The notes: generated by a model from the letters alone, not told the origin. A stretch of 64,000 nucleotides of DNA from Motiliproteus sp. (GCA_047633175.1 JBLIEQ010000014.1:24843-88842); one strand, 5' to 3'. Shown: positions 9,311 to 18,579, numbered from the stretch's first letter. A program made the numbers and translations.

Positions 9311-10000
9311 TTAGTCCCGATGCAACAGGGCGTGATGCTGGGTAACTATCAAGGTTCTGGAGGAGTGCAGCTCTCTGGAAACCCACATATGGGTCAGCTT
9401 AGGTAATAGCTGTTCGCTGCTGCAGTTATACAAACGCCGTAGAAAGAGGCGGCTTTTAGCGTTCAAAATATAGGGGTGACCAGACAGCAGAGGACGCGCA
9501 TAGAGCTTCGGGTTCAACCCCCGCAGCGGCACTTTGACCAGAGAGAGCGCATGGCGCCTCAGCGCGTCCTGGATAGAATAAAAACGCATATTATTGAGCA
9601 TACAAAGGGTCTGCAGAAAATCCCCAGGCGTTATACGGTAGCGCTCACAGAGTGAACCCACGAGAAGTAACTGCTGGGACACCCTGGCATCGTCCAGGTA
9701 GAGGTAACAGGCATCCTCTTCGACGGCATCGAGAATGATCTCTGAAAAATTAATTTTTTTACCCAAAAAGCGTGAAATCTCAGCGGGTTTAGCGTTGAAC
9801 TCAGGAGCGTCACCCGCATACTGGCGGCTGATGCCCGCGTGCGATACTTTGTAAACACTACGCTTCTCGTCGTCCAGCACGTAAAGCTTGATAGCACCGG
9901 TATTGATATCAAAAGAGACATTAAACAGACGTTCCCGCTTGATATACTCGGGAATATCGCTAAAACCACAGTCTTCAAAGATAAAGTTTAAGTCATACAT
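9311..10000 (-). CDS. hypothetical protein, no family recognised
   Basis: The track ORF is 9311-10126. I prefer the internal ATG at 10000 (MYDLNFIFEDCGF...) or 10024, because the longer form overlaps the divergent gene that starts at 10061. GC looks lower than in the flanks. Confidence 0.5.
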   Translation of the reverse strand: MYDLNFIFEDCGFSDIPEYIKRERLFNVSFDINTGAIKLYVLDDEKRSVYKVSHAGISRQYAGDAPEFNAKPAEISRFLGKKINFSEIILDAVEEDACYLYLDDARVSQQLLLVGSLCERYRITPGDFLQTLCMLNNMRFYSIQDALRRHALSLVKVPLRGLNPKLYARPLLSGHPYILNAKSRLFLRRLYNCSSEQLLPKLTHMWVSRELHSSRTLIVTQHHALLHRD

Positions 10001-10060
10001 GGGGAGCAGCCCTGTTCCGACCATCAAGATCTCAACAAAAACCGTCGAGGCTATCTGATC

Positions 10061-11470
10061 ATGTCCTATAACGCCAGCCCACTGGTTTTCGAAGAACACT
10101 CCTCCGTACTGGCCGAATGGTGGCAACGGGGGCTACAAGGCCAAACCCTGATCTATCTGGATGCGCATCTTGATTTGCAATCGATCAATCATAACCGTCT
10201 GCAGAGACTCCTTGATGCTAATTCAGCGGCAACCGTTCAGTCATTAGAAAAACCTTCCCACCTGCTACCCGACGGCGACTATGTCCATAGCCTGGAAAAC
10301 TTCCTCTATCCAGCCAGCCGGCTCGGAATTATCGACCACCTGATCTGGGTAGCGCCCCCCCACATTGATGTCGGGCTGACCCCCTCCGTGATAGAACATG
10401 TACAGCAGATGGACGGCATTACCTTCGAGGAGCTATCCCGTTTCAGACGCTCCGAAGGGGGCTGGCTTGAAGGGCGATTAGCGGGACTAAAAATTACGAT
10501 TTGCCGTCTGGAGCACTTAACGGAGCTCGCGCTTCCGAGCCATACGTTGCTGGATATAGACACCGATTTTTTTGTTGCACTACCTCAGGATCGAGCCTGG
10601 ATCAGCCCTGCAGAAGTCTACCGCCTCCTCCATAAGGCCGTTCCTAAGCCTGACCTGATCACCCTGTCCCGCTCAGTGAGCAGCGGTTTTATGCCGCTAC
10701 GTTACCGTTATTTTGCAGATCATCTGAAAGCGCTTTTCGAGCAGGATCGCGAATCAGCAGCCCATTTCGAAACACTCTACCAGTTGCAAAGGAGTAGTGA
10801 TCGTTTAGCATCACAGCGGAAACTGATGGAGGAGCTTGAAAGATATCCGCAGTGCGCAGCCACGCACTATCTCTGCGCCGAAGACTCAACCCATCCCGAA
10901 TCCTATCAGAGCAGCGCGGCCGCAATATGCAAAGCCTATGCGTTCGATCCATTTCAGATCGCCAGCGAAACCGCTAACAGGCATTTACAAACCTCGAGCC
11001 ACACCCTGGACCGACTCGCTCAGCGCCTGGGTCAAGCACCCCTGATAACCGCGGATACCCGGCTTATTGCTCTCGGTCTTGCCTACGCAGAACGCGGCGC
11101 GCCTGAACAGGCGTTACAGTGTTATCAGCGCTATGGCCAACCCCATCCGGCCTTGGCGCTAGCGATCGCCGAACGACTCACAGCCAGCACCCAGCATCCT
11201 CAATTATTCGACTTACTCACCACCGCAACCACAGAAGACGCGTCGGGATCTGTCGCTCAGCTGATGTTAGCCTCCTGGTATTTAAAAAAGGAGAATATCA
11301 GCGCGGCAACAACGGCTCTTGAAATAGCCCACGCTCGAGCACCCGCCTGGTTAGCCCCCTTGCGAGGGTTAGCCCAGCTACAGGCTCGATCAACACCCCC
11401 TGGAACCAGGAATCGATTTGCGACCCTGCTCGCAGAAAGGGTGGCTACCCTGGGTGCTTTAATCAGATAA
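10061..11470 (+). CDS. hypothetical protein: N-terminal UPF0489 / arginase-deacetylase-like region plus C-terminal helical (TPR-like) region
   Basis: 469 aa. LIYLDAHLDL and LLDIDTDFF resemble the metal-ligand strands of UPF0489/ureohydrolase-fold proteins, as I remember them. The C-terminal third is Ala/Leu-rich helical repeats. Confidence 0.6.
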   Translation: MSYNASPLVFEEHSSVLAEWWQRGLQGQTLIYLDAHLDLQSINHNRLQRLLDANSAATVQSLEKPSHLLPDGDYVHSLENFLYPASRLGIIDHLIWVAPPHIDVGLTPSVIEHVQQMDGITFEELSRFRRSEGGWLEGRLAGLKITICRLEHLTELALPSHTLLDIDTDFFVALPQDRAWISPAEVYRLLHKAVPKPDLITLSRSVSSGFMPLRYRYFADHLKALFEQDRESAAHFETLYQLQRSSDRLASQRKLMEELERYPQCAATHYLCAEDSTHPESYQSSAAAICKAYAFDPFQIASETANRHLQTSSHTLDRLAQRLGQAPLITADTRLIALGLAYAERGAPEQALQCYQRYGQPHPALALAIAERLTASTQHPQLFDLLTTATTEDASGSVAQLMLASWYLKKENISAATTALEIAHARAPAWLAPLRGLAQLQARSTPPGTRNRFATLLAERVATLGALIR

Positions 11471-11660
11471 AGCTATCTTGGCAGGCGGTGATAGTCGCGC
11501 CACAGTCCCGTGGATTGAGGGTGCGGTTAGGGTCTGCCTGATAGCGTCACTCGGCGGTAATCGTCAATGAAGGTCATGAGCCTCCCTGGCTACGATCACT
11601 ATTCTCGGTCAGCCTCTTTGAAGGCTAATCGAGAATAGCCTGACCTACTGCGATATCTGC

Positions 11661-11689
11661 TTGAACTTCTCAGCAAGCAGAAATATAGT
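11661..11689 (+). promoter_or_regulatory. sigma70-like promoter TTGAAC-N17-TATAGT in front of the DUF1302 operon
   Basis: -35 at 11661-11666, a 17-nt spacer and -10 at 11684-11689. The -10 sits at the first bases of repeat copy 2, which implies a leader of about 230 nt. Confidence 0.5.
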
Positions 11690-11827
11690 GCATGGAGGGT
11701 TGATTTTAGGCTAAAGAGTCTGTTTCGTTAACGTATTGATCTTAATGCCCAGACCACACCCAGTGCGCCATAGGATACCACCTTGGCGTCCAGAGATAGA
11801 TGGGCAGCCGATATTTTGACTTAGGAT
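11681..11827 (+). repeat. copy 2 of the ~147-nt collinear conserved block
   Basis: See copy 1. The best-conserved core, GCGCCATA...GACTT, is roughly four-fifths identical by eye. Confidence 0.85.
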
Positions 11828-11927
11828 AGCCCAACCACCCTGGATAGCTTTATATCGATCAGGATGCTGCACCGCAGCAGCGGTGGCTAAACATAATAGT
11901 TATAAAAATAAAATGAAGGGTGTAATC

Positions 11928-13721
11928 ATGAAGATGTCGGACTTGAAAAAGCCTGTATCGCTACGCAGGCGCCGCTTCGCGCTCGCGCCTCTGGGGGCCG
12001 CTATGTTGCTGGCGACCCTCAACGTCCAGACGGCCCAGGCCGTCACCTTCGAACTGGGTGAGGTCGAGGGTAGCTTCGATTCATCACTGTCGATCGGCAT
12101 GAGTCAGCGGATGTCGGACCGCGACCAAGCCTACTATTCAACAGGTAACGGCGGCACGGCGACCTCCAACACCATGGATGACGGCACCCTCAACTTCGAC
12201 AAGAATGACATCTTCACTAAGACCTTCAAGGGCGTGCATGGCCTGTCGCTGCGTCATGAAAACCTCGGCCTCTTCGTACGCGGTAAATACTGGTACGACT
12301 TCGAGCTGAATGACGGTTATCAGGATCACGGCAACGAGGTCAACAGTTACACCCCCGGCAAGCTCAGCGACGATGGCTTCCACGACCTGGCCAAGTTCTC
12401 GGGCGCCGAAATTCTGGATGCCTATGTCTATGGCGAATTTGAGGTCGCCAACACCCCCCTCGACCTGCGTCTGGGTCGCCAGGTACTCAGCTGGGGCGAG
12501 TCCACCTTTATCCAGGGCGGCATCAACGTCATCAATCCGGTCGATGTATCGGCCTTCCGTCGCCCTGGCGCCGAGATCAAAGAGGGGCTGATGCCGGTCA
12601 ATATGCTGTTCGCCTCGGCTGGGCTGACCGATAACCTGTCGGTCGAAGGCTTCTATCAGCTGGAGTGGGAAAAGACCGTGGTCGATGGCTGTGGCACCCT
12701 GTTTTCGGGCGCCGACTGGGCCGCCGATGGCTGCGATCGCTTAGCCTTTGCCAGCACGATACCCGATTCAACCAACTTAGCAGCGGGAACCTTTGTTAAT
12801 CGTTCTGCCGACCAGGAGCCGGATGACAGCGGTCAGTTTGGCCTCTCCTCTCGCTACTATGCGGACAGTATCGATACCGAGTTCGGTGCCTATTACATCA
12901 ATTATCACAGCAGAACTCCCTACGTAAGTGCCTTTAGGTCATCAACAGGCCCGCACCCGGCAGTGGGTGGACCCAATCCATTTACGGGTACCTACACCGT
13001 GGCTTACCCTGAAGACTTGGAACTGCTGGGCCTGAGCTACCAGACCAGCGTCGGTACCTGGGCGCTGTCTGGCGAGATCAGTTACCATCCCGACCTGCCT
13101 CTACAGATCAACGGTAATGATCTACTGAGCGCCTTCCTGACCGATGGCAATAACCCCGCCAGCCCAGTCAACAGCCGTGTAGCAGCAACACCACAGGGCG
13201 CGTTGGTCAACGGCTATGACGAGTACGATGTCTACCAGATCCAGAGCACCGCGATCCAGTTCTTCGACCGGGTGCTGGGTGCCAGCCGCCTGTCGCTGGC
13301 CGCAGAGATCGGCGCCACCTACGTCGAGGGTCTCCCCGATGCAGAAAGCTCCTCAGGAGGCCTGCCTAGCAACCCACGTTACGGCCGCGCGACGGTATTT
13401 GGCTCAGGCGCTGCGGGCGAAGAAGGCTATACCACCAAGTTCGCCTGGGGTTACCGCGTCCGCGCTTCCCTGGCCTATAAGGATGTGATCGCAGGGATCA
13501 ACCTGACGCCAACCGTGGCCTGGTCGCATGATATTGAGGGTAACTCGCCCTCGCCTGCGCAGCAGTTCAACGAGGGCAGCAAGTCGATCAGCATCGGCCT
13601 GGGTGCAGACTATATGGCCCGATACACCGCTAACGTCTCTTATACCGATTTCTTCGGCGGCGACTACAACTACCTGACCGACAAAGATTACCTGTCCTTG
13701 AGTCTGGGTGTGTCGTTCTAA
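11928..13721 (+). CDS. DUF1302-family outer-membrane protein
   Basis: A signal peptide ending ...QTAQA precedes VTFELGEVEGSFDSSLSIGMSQRMSDRD, the typical DUF1302 N-terminus. The protein looks beta-barrel-like and ends in an aromatic residue (...SLGVSF). Start chosen at ATG 11928, preceded by GAAGGG. Confidence 0.85.
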   Translation: MKMSDLKKPVSLRRRRFALAPLGAAMLLATLNVQTAQAVTFELGEVEGSFDSSLSIGMSQRMSDRDQAYYSTGNGGTATSNTMDDGTLNFDKNDIFTKTFKGVHGLSLRHENLGLFVRGKYWYDFELNDGYQDHGNEVNSYTPGKLSDDGFHDLAKFSGAEILDAYVYGEFEVANTPLDLRLGRQVLSWGESTFIQGGINVINPVDVSAFRRPGAEIKEGLMPVNMLFASAGLTDNLSVEGFYQLEWEKTVVDGCGTLFSGADWAADGCDRLAFASTIPDSTNLAAGTFVNRSADQEPDDSGQFGLSSRYYADSIDTEFGAYYINYHSRTPYVSAFRSSTGPHPAVGGPNPFTGTYTVAYPEDLELLGLSYQTSVGTWALSGEISYHPDLPLQINGNDLLSAFLTDGNNPASPVNSRVAATPQGALVNGYDEYDVYQIQSTAIQFFDRVLGASRLSLAAEIGATYVEGLPDAESSSGGLPSNPRYGRATVFGSGAAGEEGYTTKFAWGYRVRASLAYKDVIAGINLTPTVAWSHDIEGNSPSPAQQFNEGSKSISIGLGADYMARYTANVSYTDFFGGDYNYLTDKDYLSLSLGVSF

Positions 13722-13755
13722 AGGCGCGTTAACGTATTTTGTAAGGATAATAATA

Positions 13756-15111
13756 ATGAAGACTGTATTCTCAAATAAGCACCGCCTCAGCGTCGCTATT
13801 CTGGCGACCAGCGCGCTGTTAAGCGCGCATACCCTGGCTGCCGTCAGTGCGGAGGACGCCGCCAAACTGGGCGCCAGCCTGACGCCGGTCGGCGCGATCC
13901 AGGCGGGTAATGCCGATGGCTCTATCCCGGCCTGGACCGGTGGCCTAACCCAGCAGGTTGCGCGTGGCGACAACCCCTTCGCCGACGAACAGCCGCTGTT
14001 TACGATTACCGCCGTAAATGTCGAGCAACATGCCGCTCTCCTGACGCCGGGCCAGGTGGCGCTGTTTAAAGCCTATCCCGACAGCTATCAAATCCCGGTG
14101 TACCCGACTCACAGGACCGGCGCCTATCCGCAGAGCATCTACGCCAAGGCGATCACCAATGCCACCACGGCAGAACTGACCGCCAACGGTCTTACCGGCT
14201 ACGATGAGGCGATCCCCTTCGCGATCCCTCAAAATGGTCTGGAGGTGCTTTGGAACCATATCACCCGCTACCGCGGGGGTTCGGCGCAACGCACCCTGAT
14301 GCAGGCCCCGGTACAGCGCAACGGCAGCTATACCGCCGTTAAATTGGTCGATGAGTTTATCTTTCCAAACTATCTCGCCGATGGCTATGATCCCGAACAG
14401 GATGACAATATCCTGTTCTATTTCCAGCAGAAGATCACCGAGCCGGCACGCCTGGTCGGTACCACCCTGCTGGTGCATGAAACGATCGATCAGGTGGTCC
14501 AGCCACGGCTGGCCTGGATCTATAACTCGGGTCAGCGTCGAGTAAGGCGTGCACCCCAGGTCGCCTATGACGGACCCGGTACCGCATCAGATGGCCTGCG
14601 CACCACCGACAACTTCGACATGTTCAGCGGCTCGCCGGACAAGTACGACTGGAAACTGGTCGGTAAGCAAGAGAAGTATATCCCCTACAACGCCTTTGAA
14701 CTGGGGTCTCCACGCCATGAGTACGATGACATCATTCAGCCCGGTCACATCAATCCGGCGCTGACTCGTTATGAGAAGCATAGGGTCTGGGTGGTTGAGG
14801 GGACACTGAAAGAGGGTGAACGTCATATCTATGCCAAGCGCACCCTGTATGTCGATGAGGACACCTGGCAGATCGCCGTTGCCGACCACTACGACGGTCG
14901 CGGTCAACTCTGGCGTGTCGGTGAGGCCCATGCGACTCAGTACACCGGGGTTAACGTGCCCTGGTATTCGGCTGAGATCCTGCATGACCTGCAGTCCGGT
15001 CGCTATCTGGCGCTGGGGCTGACCAACGAGGAGGACCCGGTGGTCTTCGGCTTTGACGGCCGGCATAAGGATTACACCCCCGCCGCCCTGAGACGCTCCT
15101 CCAAGCGCTAA
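13756..15111 (+). CDS. DUF1329-family (LolA-like fold) periplasmic/outer-membrane protein
   Basis: A signal peptide is followed by AEDAAKLGASLTPVGAIQAGNADGSIPAWTGGL, the typical DUF1329 start. ATG 13756 has AAGGA upstream. Confidence 0.85.
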   Translation: MKTVFSNKHRLSVAILATSALLSAHTLAAVSAEDAAKLGASLTPVGAIQAGNADGSIPAWTGGLTQQVARGDNPFADEQPLFTITAVNVEQHAALLTPGQVALFKAYPDSYQIPVYPTHRTGAYPQSIYAKAITNATTAELTANGLTGYDEAIPFAIPQNGLEVLWNHITRYRGGSAQRTLMQAPVQRNGSYTAVKLVDEFIFPNYLADGYDPEQDDNILFYFQQKITEPARLVGTTLLVHETIDQVVQPRLAWIYNSGQRRVRRAPQVAYDGPGTASDGLRTTDNFDMFSGSPDKYDWKLVGKQEKYIPYNAFELGSPRHEYDDIIQPGHINPALTRYEKHRVWVVEGTLKEGERHIYAKRTLYVDEDTWQIAVADHYDGRGQLWRVGEAHATQYTGVNVPWYSAEILHDLQSGRYLALGLTNEEDPVVFGFDGRHKDYTPAALRRSSKR

Positions 15112-15140
15112 CCCGCTCAGAGAGTAAAGCTCTGCTCTTC

Positions 15141-15170
15141 AGCCCCGCCGGTTCGCCGGCGGGGCTTTTT
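15141..15170 (+). terminator. rho-independent terminator
   Basis: AGCCCCGCCGG-TTCG-CCGGCGGGGCT followed by TTTTT, 30 nt after the DUF1329 stop. Confidence 0.85.
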
Positions 15171-15288
15171 ATGTACAGGATGTACGGTATGCCGCGGGCG
15201 CAGGGATGCGCAGGAGCGGCGATGTACAGGATGTACGGTATGCCGCGGGCGCAGGGATGCGCAGGAGCGGCGATGTACAGGATGTACG
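15171..15288. repeat. 51-bp perfect tandem repeat, 2.3 copies
   Basis: The unit ATGTACAGGATGTACGGTATGCCGCGGGCGCAGGGATGCGCAGGAGCGGCG occurs at 15171-15221 and 15222-15272, with a partial third copy at 15273-15288. Two more hairpins follow, at about 15289-15317 and about 15310-15330. Confidence 0.95.
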
Positions 15289-15578
15289 TGCCTAAAAATG
15301 CTCCTGCATTTTAGGCATTACCGCCATCCCTGGCGGTCATATGTCGCGGGCGGGGGTCGTTGTCAGTTCCCGACAACAACGGCATAGCTACGTCCCTGTA
15401 GCCAATGCTCAGGAGCTGCGATAGTCTGCTTTGGGGTCAGGCTTTCATAACTGGATAAAACCATGAAAGCCTGACTCTCATTTTTGTTCGCAACGATCAG
15501 TTCCCCCCAGCGCGTAATTTCTGGTATATCTAACGTCTGGCAAACGAAAGCCTTCACCCTACCGGAGCCCTGACCGAG

Positions 15579-16592
15579 ATGCTGCACGAAGCCACCACCC
15601 AGGCAAGCTGGGCCGTCGCCATCAAACGCACCCTGGAGACCTATGGCTGCGACCCCGCGCCCATTTTTGCAGAGGCCGGCATCCATCTGGAGGATCTCAC
15701 CGACCCCAACGCCCGCTTCCTTACCCATAAGACCTCCGCACTGATGCGTCAGGCGGTCGCAGCCACCGCAGATCCCGCCTTCGGTCTGGCCGTAGGTCGG
15801 CATATGCGTCCGACCTCGGCGCATGCAATGGGTTTTTCTATCTGGGCCTCCAATAATCTGTGTGAAGCGATCGAACGGGTACAGAAGTTTTTTAAGATCT
15901 TTACCACCAGCTGCTACTGCAGCATCGAGAAACGAGGCGATCAGTATCTGATAAGCTCCCACGCCTACCCTGCTTATCAGTCCGTGATCGGTTCAGAAGA
16001 TCAGGAGGCTATGTTTTCGACTATTCTGCAGACCTTCCGCCACCTGGTGCCCGGGCGTTTAAACGTCAACCGGGTCGGACTTTCGCGCCCGGGACCGCCT
16101 GCCAATGTCGCTGATTTCGAGCGCTTCTTTAAATGCCCAATCGAATGGGGCTATAACGGTATTTACGTACTCTTGGATGCCGAACAAGTCGAGGCGCAGC
16201 TGCCGACGGCCAATGCGGAGCTGGCGCTGCAAAACGACAAGCTATGCCAGGATTATATCGTCCGATTTGACCGCCAGGATATCGTCAATCAGGTCTCCAA
16301 CACGCTGGTGGAGCTCTTGCCGCAGGGGGAGCCCGGGATGGCGGAGATCGCCTCCAAGCTGATGATGAGCAGCCGGACACTGCAACGCAAACTGAACAAC
16401 CATGACACCAGTTTCAAGCAGCTGCTCGAAGCGGTTCGCAAGCAGATAGCGATTCAGTACATCCGCCAGACCCATATCCCTATAGGCGAGATCAGTTATC
16501 GACTGGGGTTTGCCCATATCAATAACTTCTCCCGGGCCTTTAAACGCTGGACCGGTATCACTCCGATCAATTATCGCGATAACAAGCACTAA
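15579..16592 (+). CDS. AraC-family transcriptional regulator with N-terminal Arabinose_bd-type (OruR/ArgR-like) ligand domain
   Basis: 337 aa. The C-terminal double HTH reads ...IGEISYRLGFAHINNFSRAFKRWTGITP. Confidence 0.88.
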   Translation: MLHEATTQASWAVAIKRTLETYGCDPAPIFAEAGIHLEDLTDPNARFLTHKTSALMRQAVAATADPAFGLAVGRHMRPTSAHAMGFSIWASNNLCEAIERVQKFFKIFTTSCYCSIEKRGDQYLISSHAYPAYQSVIGSEDQEAMFSTILQTFRHLVPGRLNVNRVGLSRPGPPANVADFERFFKCPIEWGYNGIYVLLDAEQVEAQLPTANAELALQNDKLCQDYIVRFDRQDIVNQVSNTLVELLPQGEPGMAEIASKLMMSSRTLQRKLNNHDTSFKQLLEAVRKQIAIQYIRQTHIPIGEISYRLGFAHINNFSRAFKRWTGITPINYRDNKH

Positions 16593-16604
16593 GCCCCGAG
16601 GCTG

Positions 16605-17114
16605 CTAGGTCATCACTTTCATGTTGTTGTTTCTATCCCTGCTTTGACGAATCAGCGCATCACTGGCAACGCCAGGCCGCGTTTTCGCCAGCCGGTCGTA
16701 GAGCAGCACATTGACCGTGGCTGCGAGGTTCAGACAGCCGATGGTCGGGATATATACGACCGCATCGGCGCGATCGATCAGCGCCTGGTCAATAGATCCA
16801 TCTTCGGGACCAAAGATATAAAAGGCATGCTCAGGGTGTTGAAAATCTGGCAGCGGTGTAGCACCCTCTACCAGCTCGACACAGACCACCCTCATCGGTA
16901 CGCTGATGTCCGGCAGTAAAGCGTCGACCCCCAGCAGAGGTATCTCGTCGCTGGCCCTGTGGGTATCGGTCGAAAAACGGGCTGCCCGATCGTAACGCAT
17001 CCCGGTATAGAACACCGCGTCAACCCTGAAGCATCCTGCCGCCCGCATCACCGCACCGACATTGGTAGGACTTTTGGGATTGATCAGACCAATATGGACT
17101 GTCGTTGCTTGCAT
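16605..17114 (-). CDS. SpoU/TrmH-family RNA 2'-O-methyltransferase
   Basis: 169 aa with SPOUT motifs NVGAVMRAA, YIFGPEDGSI and IPT.GCLNLAATVNVLLY. Confidence 0.85.
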   Translation of the reverse strand: MQATTVHIGLINPKSPTNVGAVMRAAGCFRVDAVFYTGMRYDRAARFSTDTHRASDEIPLLGVDALLPDISVPMRVVCVELVEGATPLPDFQHPEHAFYIFGPEDGSIDQALIDRADAVVYIPTIGCLNLAATVNVLLYDRLAKTRPGVASDALIRQSRDRNNNMKVMT

Positions 17115-17563
17115 GTATAAGGCTCATAAGTAGATTCAAGCTCCCCAGCCCAGATGGGTGTCTGAGGTCGATTGCGGAGCAGATGTGTCTGCTGCCACCC
17201 CCTTGATGAAGGTGATCGTTCAGGATGCCGGCCGGTTGTGACTGCATTCAGGGCCGCTGTACGGCTACCCGGGAGCACCTGAATAGCATTGCTGGAGTAC
17301 ACATTGTTTTGTTGTCTGCCCGGCTAACACTGGTTAGTATACCGCATGTTAAAAATATATTGATGACATCTGCACCGGGTCCGATCAGCGAATCATCCCG
17401 ACCTAAGAACTCCAGGTTCGTTTTAATCAGTGAATAAAATTCATTAGTTAACACCGGCACTTAAAAATAGCCATCCTGGTTGAGCAGAAAAATAGATGTA
17501 ACTTTATTTGGTCGTTAGAAAGGCACCGCTGATAGAGTACTACCATTAAGCAATCGATAGCTG

Positions 17564-18565
17564 GTGAACAAAGTGATAAATGTAAAAATTAAAATGTTAA
17601 TTGTTAGCTTGCTGGCCGCTAATTCTCTGTACGCCAGCGCCAGCGAATATGACAATATTAAAATATTGATAAACGATGGGCGTTCAAAAAACGCAATGGC
17701 ATCAATCGATCGATTATTGGAAAACAATCAGGCGGACAAACGCGCCCTGTTGCTTAAAGGTTATTTACTACACTCGACCGAAAAGCTTGATCAGGCGCAA
17801 CGGGTGTATGAAAGGCTTATTCAACTCGACCCCAACATGCCCGAAACATACAACAACCTCGGAGTACTGTTCGCAGAAAAAGGCGACAAGGAAAATGCGA
17901 CAAGAATATTGATCAGCACCTTTGATACGAACCCTGCCTATGCGGCGGCCTATAGTAATCTAAGAGGCATATTTAACGAAATAGCCGCAAACACCTATCG
18001 GGAAATATTAAAGGGCGGAGAGGGATCCTCAGTCCAGTCCACATTCAAACTAACCCTGTTAAAGGATTCTGAATTTTTAGCGGCTGAGTCGACCGCAATT
18101 GAAAATTTGGCGCTAGCCGCTTTAAACGAAAAGGAATCAAGCGAACCAACACCCGTAACGCCTAAACCAGTGCCAACTGCAATAGCAACAACACCTATAG
18201 TAACTCCAGACGTCCAGCCTAAGACAGATACCCGTGGAATAATTGACTTAATTACTAACTGGTCGCTCGCCTGGTCTTCTCAAAATCCGGATCTCTATTT
18301 AAGCTATTATCAGGATAACGCTATAATTGAACCCGGAATTTCTCGCGCTCGCTGGGAAAAAAATCGACGCAGCCGAATCCTGTCACCTGAATACATTCAG
18401 GTAACAATAGATACGCTGGACGTTAGCTTAGAGAATACAGAGTCCGCTACGGCGAGTTTCAAGCAGACTTACCGCGCTTCAAATTATCAGGACGTCGTCT
18501 TCAAGAAAATGACTTTTATAAGAAGTGGCGAAGACTGGAAAATACTACAAGAACAAGCCCTATAA
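17564..18565 (+). CDS. secreted TPR-repeat protein with Pro/Thr linker and C-terminal NTF2-like module
   Basis: The order is a signal peptide (...SLYASA), TPR repeats (LLKGYLLHSTEKLDQAQRVYERLIQLDPNMPETYNNLGVLF...), the linker EPTPVTPKPVPTAIATTPIVTP, and a C-terminal W..AW...(D/N)...YL..Y...W...R...I...F.Q.Y.S..YQD..(F/L)KK......W.I module. Confidence 0.8.
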   Translation: MNKVINVKIKMLIVSLLAANSLYASASEYDNIKILINDGRSKNAMASIDRLLENNQADKRALLLKGYLLHSTEKLDQAQRVYERLIQLDPNMPETYNNLGVLFAEKGDKENATRILISTFDTNPAYAAAYSNLRGIFNEIAANTYREILKGGEGSSVQSTFKLTLLKDSEFLAAESTAIENLALAALNEKESSEPTPVTPKPVPTAIATTPIVTPDVQPKTDTRGIIDLITNWSLAWSSQNPDLYLSYYQDNAIIEPGISRARWEKNRRSRILSPEYIQVTIDTLDVSLENTESATASFKQTYRASNYQDVVFKKMTFIRSGEDWKILQEQAL

Positions 18566-18579
18566 AGGTATATTGACGC

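Noticed and set aside
9074-9406. 110-aa plus-strand ORF running through repeat copy 1
   Set aside because: It has no ribosome-binding site and no homology, and it reads through a block that is conserved as nucleotide sequence (with an equivalent copy upstream of DUF1302) rather than as protein. It also overlaps the 3' end of the 9311-10000 gene.
15171-15288. Possible CRISPR array
   Set aside because: The 51-bp units are directly adjacent with no spacers, there are only 2.3 copies, and no cas genes are present. It is a tandem repeat, not a CRISPR.
15363-15962. 199-aa minus-strand ORF
   Set aside because: It overlaps the 5' third of the AraC-family gene in antisense and has no motif. The AraC frame has clear family features.
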